Assembly (NCBI GenBank): GCA_001600695.1
Contig: BCKQ01000007.1
Location: 1-44,686 of the forward strand
Source: Ascoidea asiatica JCM 7603
Lineage: Eukaryota > Fungi > Ascomycota
DNA: 44,686 bases
Direction: 5' to 3'
Part shown: piece by piece, positions 22,019 to 33,650 of the stretch
Position numbering within the stretch: the first letter of the stretch is position 1
Layout of the letters: every line of letters starts with the position of its first letter
Notes under the pieces: model-generated
The model's database searches: none
Seen by the model: the letters and a program-made list of their open reading frames with translations, nothing else
What the model was told of the DNA's origin: nothing
Translations under genes and position numbers: made by a program

Positions 22019-22512
22019 TAAATGATAAATGATAAATGATAAATAATAAATAATAAATAATCAAATAATCAAATAATCAAATAATTATTATATACTAACT
22101 AAATAGACTAAGTAGATATCAACTGTTAACCACTCAAGTTGATCCCAATCGAATCTCCTGTACATAACAACTCTGTAACAACCTCTGTAAGCACTTCTCT
22201 TCTCTTCTCTTCTCTTCTCTCTCAATTCACAGGAAGCACTTTTTGCTGTTTGTGAATCGAAGAAGAAACGAAAAGAAAAGAAAAGTGGACTGGAAGAAGA
22301 CCCGTGGTTCTGGCGATGAACAGGCACGTGACCGTATTTTATTGTATTTTCTGTTTTGCTTCGTTCACAGACAAAACAAAAAAAAAAAAGGTTTAAAAAC
22401 CAGGAAAAAGATTCAAAAGAAGAAGCAAAAGAAGAGAAGAAGAGAAGACAATCAATGATATAATAGATAGTAACTAACTCATTACCAATTCAATCACAGC
22501 ATATACTCCATA

Positions 22513-23811
22513 ATGAACTCAAGAAAAAGATCTCGTCAGACTCAAAATGATAAAAACTATAATCAATTAACTATTCCACCTCCTCCAAATTTATCTAATT
22601 TATATATTAGAAAAGATACTTATATACCAAAATCAAGAAAAATTCAATTAGCTAATGAACGTAAAACTTTTATATCTAATAAAGTTATAAATTATTTATT
22701 TAATTTAAATAATAATTTACCTTGTTTTCAATTAAATAATAATTTTTTAAAAAAACGTAAAAATTCAAAAATTAATTTACTTATATCATTAAATGAATTA
22801 AATTTAATAAATTTATTAATTTTAAAAAATTTTAATAATAATTTAAAAAATTTCTTAATTAAATTTAATATAAAAAATTTATTATTACCAATAATTAATA
22901 AAGATTCTAAAATTATAGATAATATTAATTATCAAATTACTTTTATTGGTAATCCACAAAAAATTTCATTATCAATTTTATTCATAATTTATTATTTAAA
23001 TAATTCTTCAAATGATTATATAAATTCAAAAATTGGTAATACAACTTCATTATATAATTTTACTTTAATTTTAAATAAATTTATATTTCAAGAAATTGAT
23101 ACTAATTTAAATAATCAATTTCAAAATGATAATAATTTTATAAATAATTTTAAAAATTCAATAAAAATTTTAAATAATGATAATTCAATTAAAAATTATT
23201 CAATTATTAAAATTTTAATTGATAATGGTTGTTTAATAGATATTTCTGATAAAATAAATTTTCCATTTTCAAATTTAATTACAATTAATCTTAAATCAAA
23301 TTTTGAAAATTTAATGAAATCAACTGCTTTATTAATTGAATTATATAATCAACAATATGATTATTTAAATATTAATAATACCACTAATAACATTAATAAT
23401 AACATTAATAATAACATTAATAATAACATTAATAATTCAAATGTTTATATACCTTTAACTTCTCCATTATATTTAAATTCAAATCATATTCTTTTATCAG
23501 ATCAAAATTTTTATGATATCAATTTTAATGATGATTTAAATATTCAAAATAATCCAAATTTTTTAAGATTTCCATTCACTGGTTCTTTCTTAGATCCTGA
23601 ATTATCTTTATCTTCATCTTCATCTTCATCTTCATCTTCATCTTCATCTTCATCCAATGAAATTGATAAAGAAAATGATAACAAAAGTGAAAGTAAAAAA
23701 GAATTAAAAGATAATATAACTGTTGATGAAATTAATAAAAAAATGATTGAAAAATCTCAAAAAAATTTAATTAAATATTTAGAAAAAATGAATATTTATA
23801 ATTCAAAATAA
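22513..23811 (+). CDS. Uncharacterised protein, possibly with degenerate tandem KH-like folds
   Basis: 432-aa ORF with typical local codon usage; the KH resemblance is by eye only. Confidence 0.7.
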   Translation: MNSRKRSRQTQNDKNYNQLTIPPPPNLSNLYIRKDTYIPKSRKIQLANERKTFISNKVINYLFNLNNNLPCFQLNNNFLKKRKNSKINLLISLNELNLINLLILKNFNNNLKNFLIKFNIKNLLLPIINKDSKIIDNINYQITFIGNPQKISLSILFIIYYLNNSSNDYINSKIGNTTSLYNFTLILNKFIFQEIDTNLNNQFQNDNNFINNFKNSIKILNNDNSIKNYSIIKILIDNGCLIDISDKINFPFSNLITINLKSNFENLMKSTALLIELYNQQYDYLNINNTTNNINNNINNNINNNINNSNVYIPLTSPLYLNSNHILLSDQNFYDINFNDDLNIQNNPNFLRFPFTGSFLDPELSLSSSSSSSSSSSSSSSNEIDKENDNKSESKKELKDNITVDEINKKMIEKSQKNLIKYLEKMNIYNSK

Positions 23812-23897
23812 TATATAATCATTAGTTTTTATATATATATACTGTATATGTACAATATTTGTAATATTAAATAAATAAATAAATAAATAAATAATTT

Positions 23898-25904
23898 TTA
23901 AAAATTAAATTCTCCTCTGAATTGTTCAATATCCATACCTGGTTTAACTTTATCAACTAAATCTCTTCTATCCATACTTATAAATGCTCTTTTTAAAGTT
24001 TCCATTAAACTATTACTTTGATTTATTGTCATATTAAATGAATTATCAATGTTTTCAATATTATTTGAAAAATTCTCAGGTAATCCATCAATACCTTCAA
24101 CATTTTCAACTTTATGTAAAGCTAATCCACCTAATAAATGTTCAACAGCTTCTTTATGACATCCAATATTAATACATGAAACACCTAAATTATATCTTGC
24201 TCTAACAAATGTTGGTTTAATTTGTAAAGCTTTAAAATATGCATTAATTGCATCTTCACTTCTATTACTATTAGCTAAAGCTGCACCTAATCTATTCCAT
24301 AATAATTCATCATTTGGTCTTAATTCTAAAGCAGTTTTAAAACAATCAATAGTTTTATCAAAATCTTCAATAGAATAAAATAAAACTCCTAAACCTAATT
24401 GTAAATCTGGATCCATTTCAATATTTGATGAATATAATAATTGACTTTGTTTTAAAAATAAATTTGTAATTTTTTTATTTAACTGAATTCTATCTAATTT
24501 TCTATTTTCATTTTCAATTTCAATATCATTTTCATCATTTTTCTTTTGAGGTATAGTAATTAAATTTGGATATTTTGTTAAAATCCATTTTTCTAAAGTT
24601 GTAAAAGCAGCATTATCATAACCTTCATTAATATAAGATATTGATAAATTTAATAAAGCATTTAAATTTTTTGGATCTAATTCTAAACATTTTTCTAAAG
24701 CATTTAAACCAAGAATTTCTTTTTCATTTGCAGTTTGAACTTCACCTAATTTTAACCAAGCATTAATATGATTATTATCTTTTTTAATTGCAGCTTCAAA
24801 AGCTAAAGCAGCTTCAGATAATTTTGCACCATTTTCCATTAATTTTAAACCAATTTCATATGGATTATTTAAATTAATAAATTGATTTTTTGAATCTTCT
24901 TGAAATATATAATTACCAAAATTACCTTTATTTAAAGCATAAGTTTTAAATAAATTTGAATTTAAATCTAAATCTTGATTTAAATTTTGATTTGAATCAT
25001 TATTCCAAAATTCATTACCAATTCTTTCATTTTCTAAATTTTTCCAAACTTCATCAAAACTTGCTTTATCTTTATCATCAATTATTATATTATCATCTTC
25101 ATTAATTATATTTTCTTTTTCTTTTGATTTTTCTTTTTCTTTTGATTCAGATAAATTTTTTTCAATTTGAGTAAATTGATCATCCCAATTAACTTGATTT
25201 ATATTTAAATTATTATTATTAATTTGAGAGTTTATATTTGCTGGAGTATTATTTATATTATTTAAAGGTCTATTCAATAAATTTAAATTATTCATATTAT
25301 TTAAATTACTTAGATTACTTAAATTATTCATCATATTCATATTCATACTATTCATATTCATACTATTCATATTCATATTATTCATATTCATACTACTCAT
25401 ATTGTTCATACTACTCATATTACTTACATTATTCATAGTCATAGTACTACTACCACTACTAGTATTTATAGGTTTATTAATATTATTAAATTCATTTGAC
25501 CAATTATGTGATTTACGATAATCAGCTAAAGAAGCTGGAGGAAATTTATCATATAATTCATTATTTAAAGAATTAGGAGTATGAAATTCACCTAACCAAT
25601 TTTCATTTTTAATATTATTTAATTCATTATTTAATGGAATCATATTAAATGAATTTAAATTATTTTTATTATTAATATTTAAATCATTATTTTGAATGAA
25701 ATTATTATATAAATTTAAATCATTATTATTTAAATTTAATTCATTTTTAAATTGATTTTGATTTAAAATATTATTATTTGGAATTTGATTTTGATTTTGA
25801 TTCTGATTTAATAAATTATTATTAATTGTATCTCCAGAATGTTTTGAGAATTGTGTTAATGGATTTGAAGATGTTGAACATTCAGGACCTGAGAATAATG
25901 ACAT
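23898..25904 (-). CDS. PEX5: Peroxisomal PTS1 receptor Pex5
   Basis: N-terminal conserved Cys (ECSTSSNPL), WxxxF motifs (WLGEF, WSNEF, WDDQF), reverse motif FDEVW, TPRs (LWNRLGAALANSNRSEDAINAY...RARYNLGVSCINIG), ends FRGEFNF. Confidence 0.97.
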   Translation of the reverse strand: MSLFSGPECSTSSNPLTQFSKHSGDTINNNLLNQNQNQNQIPNNNILNQNQFKNELNLNNNDLNLYNNFIQNNDLNINNKNNLNSFNMIPLNNELNNIKNENWLGEFHTPNSLNNELYDKFPPASLADYRKSHNWSNEFNNINKPINTSSGSSTMTMNNVSNMSSMNNMSSMNMNNMNMNSMNMNSMNMNMMNNLSNLSNLNNMNNLNLLNRPLNNINNTPANINSQINNNNLNINQVNWDDQFTQIEKNLSESKEKEKSKEKENIINEDDNIIIDDKDKASFDEVWKNLENERIGNEFWNNDSNQNLNQDLDLNSNLFKTYALNKGNFGNYIFQEDSKNQFINLNNPYEIGLKLMENGAKLSEAALAFEAAIKKDNNHINAWLKLGEVQTANEKEILGLNALEKCLELDPKNLNALLNLSISYINEGYDNAAFTTLEKWILTKYPNLITIPQKKNDENDIEIENENRKLDRIQLNKKITNLFLKQSQLLYSSNIEMDPDLQLGLGVLFYSIEDFDKTIDCFKTALELRPNDELLWNRLGAALANSNRSEDAINAYFKALQIKPTFVRARYNLGVSCINIGCHKEAVEHLLGGLALHKVENVEGIDGLPENFSNNIENIDNSFNMTINQSNSLMETLKRAFISMDRRDLVDKVKPGMDIEQFRGEFNF

Positions 25905-26526
25905 TTTTGATTGATTTTGTATAAAGGTTTATTAAAAGAATAAAATATATATTGCTAAAGAAGTTTCTAATGATCAATAAGTATTAAAATATATATAAGA
26001 TATATAATATATAGATTTAGAAATAGATGATGATTAATATTCTCGATTTCTTTCGTTTATTGTTGCAAATTCACCTTTTTTATATTTTATCTTCTTTTGG
26101 TAAAACGAGTTAAAATCACTGGAATCAGCTGAAAATAAAGGAAATCGCTTCAAATTTCTTTTATTTCTCTGGTCATCAGCTCAAAAACAGCTTCAAACGC
26201 AGACGATAAGCAAAAAATGACTCGAAACGAGAGCGAGACCAAGGAAAAGGGTCTTCTTTTCTAGAAATGGTCATGTGATACGTCTGGATTAGAACGAGGC
26301 GGGGATTTGGAGGCAGTGCATCGTGGCTGATTGAATCCTTACTGCTGGTAATTAAATTTATGTACAGTAACGCGGAAACAAGTAAACAATGCATCTACAG
26401 AAGACCCATGGAACTGGTCTCTGTGTGATCTAATAATTTTTATTTTAGATAAGCTATATACTATACTATTTAGATAATAATTTGATTTATTTTATTTATG
26501 GTATTTATGTTAATTATGTTATTGAT

Positions 26527-28002
26527 TCATTTAGTTCTAGTAACAACAGAATTGGTAATATATTCTAAAGCAAATCTTGCTTCAGATTCTGGAATTTGTT
26601 TTAAATTTTTTAAAGCTAAATCTCTATATTCTTCTGCTAATTTTTTTGATTTTTCAATACCTTTAAATTTATTAACTGAATTTATTGTATATTCAATATC
26701 ACCAAAATTTTTAAATTTTCTTTGAATCATTGGTCCTAAATTTGGATCTAATTGCCATGCATATAATACAGGAGCTGTTGCTAAACCTAATTTTAAATCT
26801 GCACCTGATGGTTTACCTAATTCATTTGATTTAATTGTGAAATCTAAGATATCATCAATAATTTGAAAACAAAGTCCTAAATTTTTACCAAATTCATAAG
26901 AATAATTAATATAATTATCATTACAACCTGATAAAACTGCAGCTGATCTACAACCTTTAGAAATTAATGAACCTGTTTTAAGATAAGTTTTATGTAAATA
27001 ATATTCAAAAGCTGCATATACATTTTCTTTATGAGATATATTTAAATTTTTATTTGGTATTGAAACTGAATAATCTATTGGTTTTATATTACTTTTATTA
27101 ATTGGAAGTTTTTTTAATGAATTTGAATTTTTATTTTCATCAATTAAATAACTTTCATTTTCATTTTTATTTAAAATTGTATTTTTTAATTGCATAAATT
27201 CTCCTTCAACTAAATTTGCAATTGATGTTGAAATTAATTCAATAACTTCTGGATTTCTAATTCTAGCTAAAGCAACAGAAGCTCTTGCTAATAAAAAATC
27301 TCCTGCTAAAACTGACATTTTATTTGAAAATGCAAAATTTCCACTTGGTTTATTTCTTCTTTTATCACTAAAATCTATAACATCATCATGTAATAAAGAT
27401 GCAGTATGAATTAATTCAATAATTTCTGCTAATCTTCTTTGTTTTGGTAATATACCATTAAAATTTCCATTAATAAAATTTTCATTATCTTTTGATAATA
27501 TTGGTAATTTATTTAATGGTTTTGAAATTGGATTTAAAATTAAATTTGGATTAATACCATATAAAATTTTTAATGGTGATATAGAATGATTAACATCACC
27601 ATTAATAATATTATTTATATTATTTTTATTATTATTACTACTATCAACATTATATTCAGGTTGATTTGAAGAATCTAATAAATCTGGTTTTAATCTATTT
27701 CTATATTTTGATGATAAATTATTTAAAGATTTTGATAATAATAAAACTATTAATGGTCTTATTTTTTTACCATCATTTTCAAAATAATAATTTGCAACTT
27801 TATTTAAAGTTGAATGACCAGAACCAATTAATGAATAAATATTTTTTGCAATTGAAGACATTTCATTTGAAACTATTGAAATTGGATCATTAAATGAATT
27901 TATTGGTTTAATTAATTTTTCTCCAGCTTCAATTGCAATTTTAAATCCATTACCTGTATTATTTGATTTTTCACTATTAATTTCATTATCACTCTTAGTT
28001 TG

Positions 28003-28034
<32 letters not shown>

Positions 28035-28209
28035 CACTATTTTCATCAATTTTTATATCTTCATTACCAGTTGGTTTCAATTTTGATTGAATTCCAGAAT
28101 TTGAAGAATATAATTTTTTAATTAAAACATTATTAAATCCAGAGATTTTAATTGAATTCAATTTCAATCTATTTGAAGTCAATTGAATCGATTTTGATGT
28201 TGAAATCAT
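26527..28209 (-). CDS. COQ1: Polyprenyl diphosphate synthase (coenzyme Q side chain), mitochondrial
   Basis: GKKIRPLIVLL, ELIHTASLLHDDVID, FQIIDDILDF, GADLKLGLATAPVL; basic N-terminal presequence. Confidence 0.96.
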
Positions 28210-28537
28210 TGATGAAGATTCTTATAACGACACAATTCTAATTAATTCAAAATAACTACACTTATCCCTTTTGCCTTTTCTTTCTTCTGTTTTCTTATAA
28301 TTGCTTTCTTACCGATTTCATTTTATTACTTTATTTTCATTAGATTTTTATTACTTTATTCCTTTGTTATCAAAAACTCTGAAATTTTGGAAATTTAAGG
28401 ATCTGAAAACCTGGAAATGTGGAAAAGCATGCTGATTGGACAGAAAAAGTCATCCGTGGGAAAGTATCCACAGTTATGGTCTCAAAAAATAAATATCATA
28501 TGACGTTAAGTAAAACCTCAAATACGGTCTCTCAAGG

Positions 28538-28547
28538 ATCACGTGAC
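28538..28547. promoter_or_regulatory. Cbf1-type E-box ATCACGTGAC in the divergent COQ1/SDR promoter
   Basis: Match to RTCACGTG. CACGTG also occurs at 2374, 18931, 22325, 33709 and 33826; near-matches at 1824, 13432, 26270 and 38508; all intergenic. Confidence 0.6.
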
Positions 28548-28611
28548 TAATATAAAACTTCCACATTTTTGGTCTCGCTTGTTTTTTTTTGAGTTTTCTC
28601 CGATTTCTTCC

Positions 28612-28658
28612 TGCTTTGCTTTGCTTTGCTTTGCTTTGCTTTGCTTTGCTTTGCTTTG
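28612..28658 (+). repeat. (TGCTT)n pentanucleotide microsatellite, ~9 copies
   Basis: Directly visible tandem array. Confidence 0.95.
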
Positions 28659-29108
28659 ATCGTTCTCCGCTCGTTTTTTGATGGTGGAAAAAGTTAAAAA
28701 AGTTGAAATGAGCTCAGTTTTCAGTTTTCAGTTTTCAAGCTCAGTTTTTGATTCTGATCCTTTTTTGCTTTTGTTCAATTGCACTGTGATAATTTATGGA
28801 ATGGTTTTGAATGCAATTTATTTTCATGTTCACCTTTGAAAAACAGACAGACAGGTTTGAAACAGAAAAGTTTATTGATTGAGTGATTGGAATATTCCTG
28901 ACGAGGGATAAATTGAATAATATCAAAGGATTGAATGAATACAATGCAATATAATCAATAATACATCAGTTATATAAAAGGAATAATGAATCCCTTTATT
29001 TATTGTATTATATCTTTTATATTGCATTTGAATTAATATTATAATACATCATTATATATCCAAATAAAATTATATAAATACAATTGAATAGATATAATAA
29101 AGATAAAA

Positions 29109-29999
29109 ATGGTTGATTTTAATGTAAATGGTAAAGTTTGTGTAATCACTGGAGGTTCAAGAGGACTAGGTTATACCTCTGCAGAAGCTTTATTAATCAA
29201 TGGAGCTCTAAAAATTTATATAATTTCAAGAAATTCAAAAGATTTAAATGAAGCTGTTAAATCTTTAGAAAAATTGAATATAAAATATAATAAAAATTGT
29301 CAAATTTTTTCAATTCCAGTAAATTTATCAAATTCTTTAAATATTAATGATTTATATAATCAATTTATAAATAATTTTAAAGAAAATAAAATTGATATTT
29401 TAATTTTAAATGCTGGTACTTCTTGGGGTGAAGATTTATTAACACATCCTGATTTTGCTTTTGAAAAAGTTATGAATTTAAATGTTAAAAGTGTTTTTTT
29501 ATTAATTCAAAAATTTATACCATTAATGAAATCAAATAAAAATTCAATTAATAATATTAATGATCCAAATTTCATTGATCCTTCAAGAATTTTAATAATG
29601 GGTTCCATTGCAGGTATCTCCAATAATCAAATGTCTAATGCTTATGGTTATATTGCTTCAAAAGCTGCAATTATTCATTTAAGTAAAAATTTATCAACTG
29701 AATTAGCTTTTAAATATAATATAAATTTAAATATCTTAGCTCCTGGTTTTATACCAACTAAAATGTCAAAAGTCTTAATTGATTCAGAAATTGGTAATGC
29801 TTATAAATCATATAATCCAAGAAAAAGATTAGGTAATTTTGAAGATGTTCAAAATGCTGTTATTTTCTTTACTGCAAAACAAACTAATTATTTAAATGGT
29901 TGTGTACTTCCAATTGATGGTGGTCAACATCTTTTAGGCCCAATTATGTTTGATACCAATGAAAATGATGAAAATAATAAAAAAACTTCAAAATTATAA
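29109..29999 (+). CDS. Classical short-chain dehydrogenase/reductase with C-terminal PTS1 (SKL), probably peroxisomal
   Basis: TGGSRGLG Rossmann motif, LNAG, catalytic S and YIASK, APGFIPT, IDGG; ends -SKL; TATATAAAAG at 28971. Confidence 0.9.
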   Translation: MVDFNVNGKVCVITGGSRGLGYTSAEALLINGALKIYIISRNSKDLNEAVKSLEKLNIKYNKNCQIFSIPVNLSNSLNINDLYNQFINNFKENKIDILILNAGTSWGEDLLTHPDFAFEKVMNLNVKSVFLLIQKFIPLMKSNKNSINNINDPNFIDPSRILIMGSIAGISNNQMSNAYGYIASKAAIIHLSKNLSTELAFKYNINLNILAPGFIPTKMSKVLIDSEIGNAYKSYNPRKRLGNFEDVQNAVIFFTAKQTNYLNGCVLPIDGGQHLLGPIMFDTNENDENNKKTSKL

Positions 30000-30050
30000 T
30001 CAAGATTATTTATTATCTTTAATTTTATTATAATATAATTGTATATATAT

Positions 30051-31851
30051 TTATTCAATTAATAAATATATTTCTTTAATGATTTTTTTATCTTCTTTAT
30101 TTAAATTTATAACTTTTTCTTTAGGTACCTCATTGTTTTCAATATTTTCAATTGTTTTAAGAATTTCACCCAATTTAACTTCTTTATTAAATCTTTTTCT
30201 ATCTTTATAATTTAAATACTTTAAAAATTTAATTATAATCCCAATTAATTCTTTATTGAATTCATTTTTTTTCATTATAATTTGAAAATTTATATTTAAT
30301 AATAATTTAATTATATTTAAAATTTCAGTTTCAATTCTATTTGAAATTTTGAAACTTAAAATTATATTAAAACTTTTATGAATTTCTTTATCAAAATTTA
30401 TTATATCTTGAATTTCATTTTCATTAATTAAATTTTTAAAAATAATTAAATTACATAATATAATTTCTTCAATTTTAACTCCTTTACCATTTAAAAAATA
30501 AAATTTATTACCATTTATTATTAATTTATAATTTTCTTTAAAAATTTCATAAATTCCATTAATTATTTTGAGATTAAACTTTGAATTTTTTAAATTTTGA
30601 ATATTAAATGTTAAATAAATTAAACAACATATTAAATTTTTATAATCTTTTTCATTTAATAAATTTGAAATTTTTTCAAAAACTTCTTCAATATTCTCAA
30701 TTAATTTTATTGAATGTTTATTAAGATAATTATTTTCCGGAAAATTTACATTTTTTTTCATTAAAAATCATTTTAATAATTTTTGTTTTTAAAATTTCAT
30801 TTTCTGTAAAATTATTTTTAATAATTTTATCTCTAATTAAACAATTATTTAAAAAAATTAAACTTGTAATTAATAAATTTATTTTTTTAAATTTATTAAC
30901 ATTAAAATCTAATTTTTCAAAATTTATTAACCATTCTTGAATCATTAAAAAAAAATTTAAAGTATCAGTATAATCTGAAAAATAAATACTTGAAATTTGA
31001 AATAAATAAACATTAGAAATAATTTGAATAATTTTTTCAATTAAAATATCAAAATTATAAATATTTATACAATTATGATCAATAACTTTTAAATAATATT
31101 CAAAATAATAAATTAAAAATTTGAATAAATTGAAATTTTTTGAAATTGAAGGCATATTAATTAAAATAAGGCAAAATTGTTTATTAATATTAGATTTATG
31201 TGGAATAATTGCATTATTATTTTTATAAAATGTATTTCCAGAAAGATAAAAATTTGTATCAGAAGATAAAATACTTGTTGAATTTGTATAATGAGATGAA
31301 CTTTTACTTGAAATACTTTCTAAATCGGATGAATCTTCAATTTTTAAAATTGAATTTGAATTTGAAATAATTTCATTAATATTTGAATTAAAATCTTCTT
31401 TATCCAATTTATCATTTAAATCATTATTCAAATCATCATTCAAGTCGTCATTTAAATCTTCATTCAAGTTGTCATTTAAATCTTCATTTAAATTAATCTC
31501 ATTATCATTATCATTATCATTATCATTATCATTATCATTTTCAGTTTCAGTTTGTATTTCAAAATCATTTAAATTATCATTTTTAATAAATTTATAATCA
31601 TTAAAAAATCTTAATAAAATTTTTTGTAAGATTAATTGAATAGGTATAAAATTTATATTAATTTCATGTTGAAAAATTTTATTTAAAAAATTAAAAATCA
31701 TTTCTAAAGAATCTAAAATAATAATTTGATAAGTTAATAAAATTGAATTAATTGAATTAAATGAATTGAAGTTATTAGAAGTTGTAAGAGTTTTTAAAAA
31801 ATTAGGTAATGAAATTATATTTTGAATATAAATTTTAGTTAAATTTATAAG

Positions 31852-31887
<36 letters not shown>

Positions 31888-32080
31888 GTCAATAGATAAA
31901 ATATTTTCAGAAATTAATTGTAAAATATCTAAAGATAATTGATTAAATTTAAAAATTTGATTATTTAAATTTTTTAAGAAATAAATCTGAGTGAATTGAA
32001 AATGAAATGAAATTTAATGAATTTAATGAATTTACTGAATTTACTGAATTTAAAGTATCTGAAGTTGAAGTTTTTTTCAT
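30051..32080 (-). pseudogene. Single helical-type protein gene interrupted by two +1 frameshifts (pseudogene, sequence error or recoded gene)
   Basis: Three overlapping frames: 32080-31961 (ATG, MKKTSTSD...), 32013-30730 (open ~100 codons upstream of the track's Met at 31701) and 30767-30051; each is +1 relative to the previous one. Confidence 0.6.
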
Positions 32081-32594
32081 TGTAAGAAAAATACAATTGA
32101 AATTAAATTATTAATTGAAATAAAACACAAGGAATTTCAATTTATATTTATATTACAAATCAGATCAGATCATAATTTGAATTATTGATGGGTACAACAA
32201 AATTAATGTTGTAGTTAATTTATTACTCTGGATACAAATTAGTTAAATTAGTTAAATTTCATTTCATTTCAATTCATTTCAGTTCATTTCAGTTCAATTC
32301 TATTCAATTTATTCATGGGGTAACGTGAAGAATAATGAAATTAAATTATTAATAATGGTAATGAATAAAGTTTAATTAATTTACGAAATAAGCCGTTAAG
32401 GTCTCATTTTTTAACATTATAGCAAAAAAAGGTAATAATAATAATAAGACAAAGAACCCAAATTTTTGTTTTAAATACAACATTAATTTTGTGGTATTAT
32501 ATAATATAATAGGGGTATATATATTTAAAGTAACAGGGTATGTTACCATGTTAACTAATTAATTAACTAATTAATTAACTAATTAAGTACTTAA

Positions 32595-33650
32595 TTAATA
32601 ACCTAGAAACCTTGGAAGAATGTAAAGTATAAACCATGAGAAATAAGCAAATAATAAAGCAAATAATTTTTCAAAAACTGAATGAAAGAATATTGAAGTT
32701 ATTAATAGCATAAATAACCAAAATGAGATTAAATAAATATTTAAAAAAATTCCATTTGTTAATAATTTTAAATAATTTTTCTTGAATTTTAAATCATTAC
32801 ACAAATATGAAAAATATCTTTTACCATTAATTGAATTTAGTAAATTGATTAATTCAAAGGATAAAAAAAGACAGGAATGAACCAAGATGAATACGTGGCC
32901 AGAAGGATCATGACCTCCAAACCAATGCCCACCAATTTTCTTGCAGTTGTACGAGGATAAGCTCATTGAAAGATCTTCTGGATCAATGGTTTTGAAGGTG
33001 TTGAAGCTGTTGACGAAAGTGGAGTATTTCGGAGTGGAAACGTCGATGTTCTGGCAGCTGCCGCCGGTTAAGAGAAATATTCTGTCCATGATCGGAAGGC
33101 CAAAGAACCACTGGGTGAAGAAGATCCACCAGAGCGTGGAGACAGCGTAGCGCACAGCAGAAAGAAGAATTTCCTTGAGGAGCTGCACTTCGTTGCCACT
33201 TTCATTGTCTTTGCCACTTTCGTTGTCTTTGTTGGTTCTGTTGTGTATTTTGAAATGGCAAAATAATTTAATTCTCTCCATCTCAATCAACACAAAACAC
33301 AAACTGTTCCAGAACCAGCCCTGCTTGACAAAAATAACATTCAAGAAATTCCTTTTGTTGGTGAAGAAGTTATTGATGAAGTAGTCCACCTCATTCAGAC
33401 CGCTGCTGGAGAGAAAGAAGTAGTTAGCCCAGTATATCGCCTGGCCCAAGACGAGAATTACGGGAAACACAAACACAACGCCAGCTTCCACTGCTTCCAA
33501 TTTCCATTTGCCTTTGAGCTGTGAGAAAAGCGCCGTCACTTTGCTGAAATGTCTGTCGTAAGTCTGTGATCGTTGAATGCTGTTCATTTTGCTGTTCATT
33601 TTGCTGTTGCTGTTCTTGTTCTTGTCCTCCAGAAGAGTATCAAAATCCAT
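32595..33650 (-). CDS. SCS3: FIT family acyl-CoA diphosphatase / lipid droplet protein Scs3
   Basis: NKRNFLNVIFVKQGWFW, WWIFFTQWFFGLPIMDRIFLLTGGSC, GGHDPSGHVFIL, TSIFFHSVFEK. It could instead be the YFT2 paralog. Confidence 0.9.
   Translation of the reverse strand: MDFDTLLEDKNKNSNSKMNSKMNSIQRSQTYDRHFSKVTALFSQLKGKWKLEAVEAGVVFVFPVILVLGQAIYWANYFFLSSSGLNEVDYFINNFFTNKRNFLNVIFVKQGWFWNSLCFVLIEMERIKLFCHFKIHNRTNKDNESGKDNESGNEVQLLKEILLSAVRYAVSTLWWIFFTQWFFGLPIMDRIFLLTGGSCQNIDVSTPKYSTFVNSFNTFKTIDPEDLSMSLSSYNCKKIGGHWFGGHDPSGHVFILVHSCLFLSFELINLLNSINGKRYFSYLCNDLKFKKNYLKLLTNGIFLNIYLISFWLFMLLITSIFFHSVFEKLFALLFAYFSWFILYILPRFLGY

Noticed and set aside
28538-28606. Possible point centromere (CDEI ATCACGTG followed by CCGA)
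   Set aside because: The spacer is only ~55 bp and not >85% AT, and there is no proper CDEIII; it is better explained as a Cbf1 promoter site. TCCGAAA at ~37186 has no CDEI partner.
23898-29999. PEX5 plus the PTS1-bearing SDR as a peroxisome cluster
   Set aside because: Only two genes, separated by COQ1; chance proximity is sufficient.
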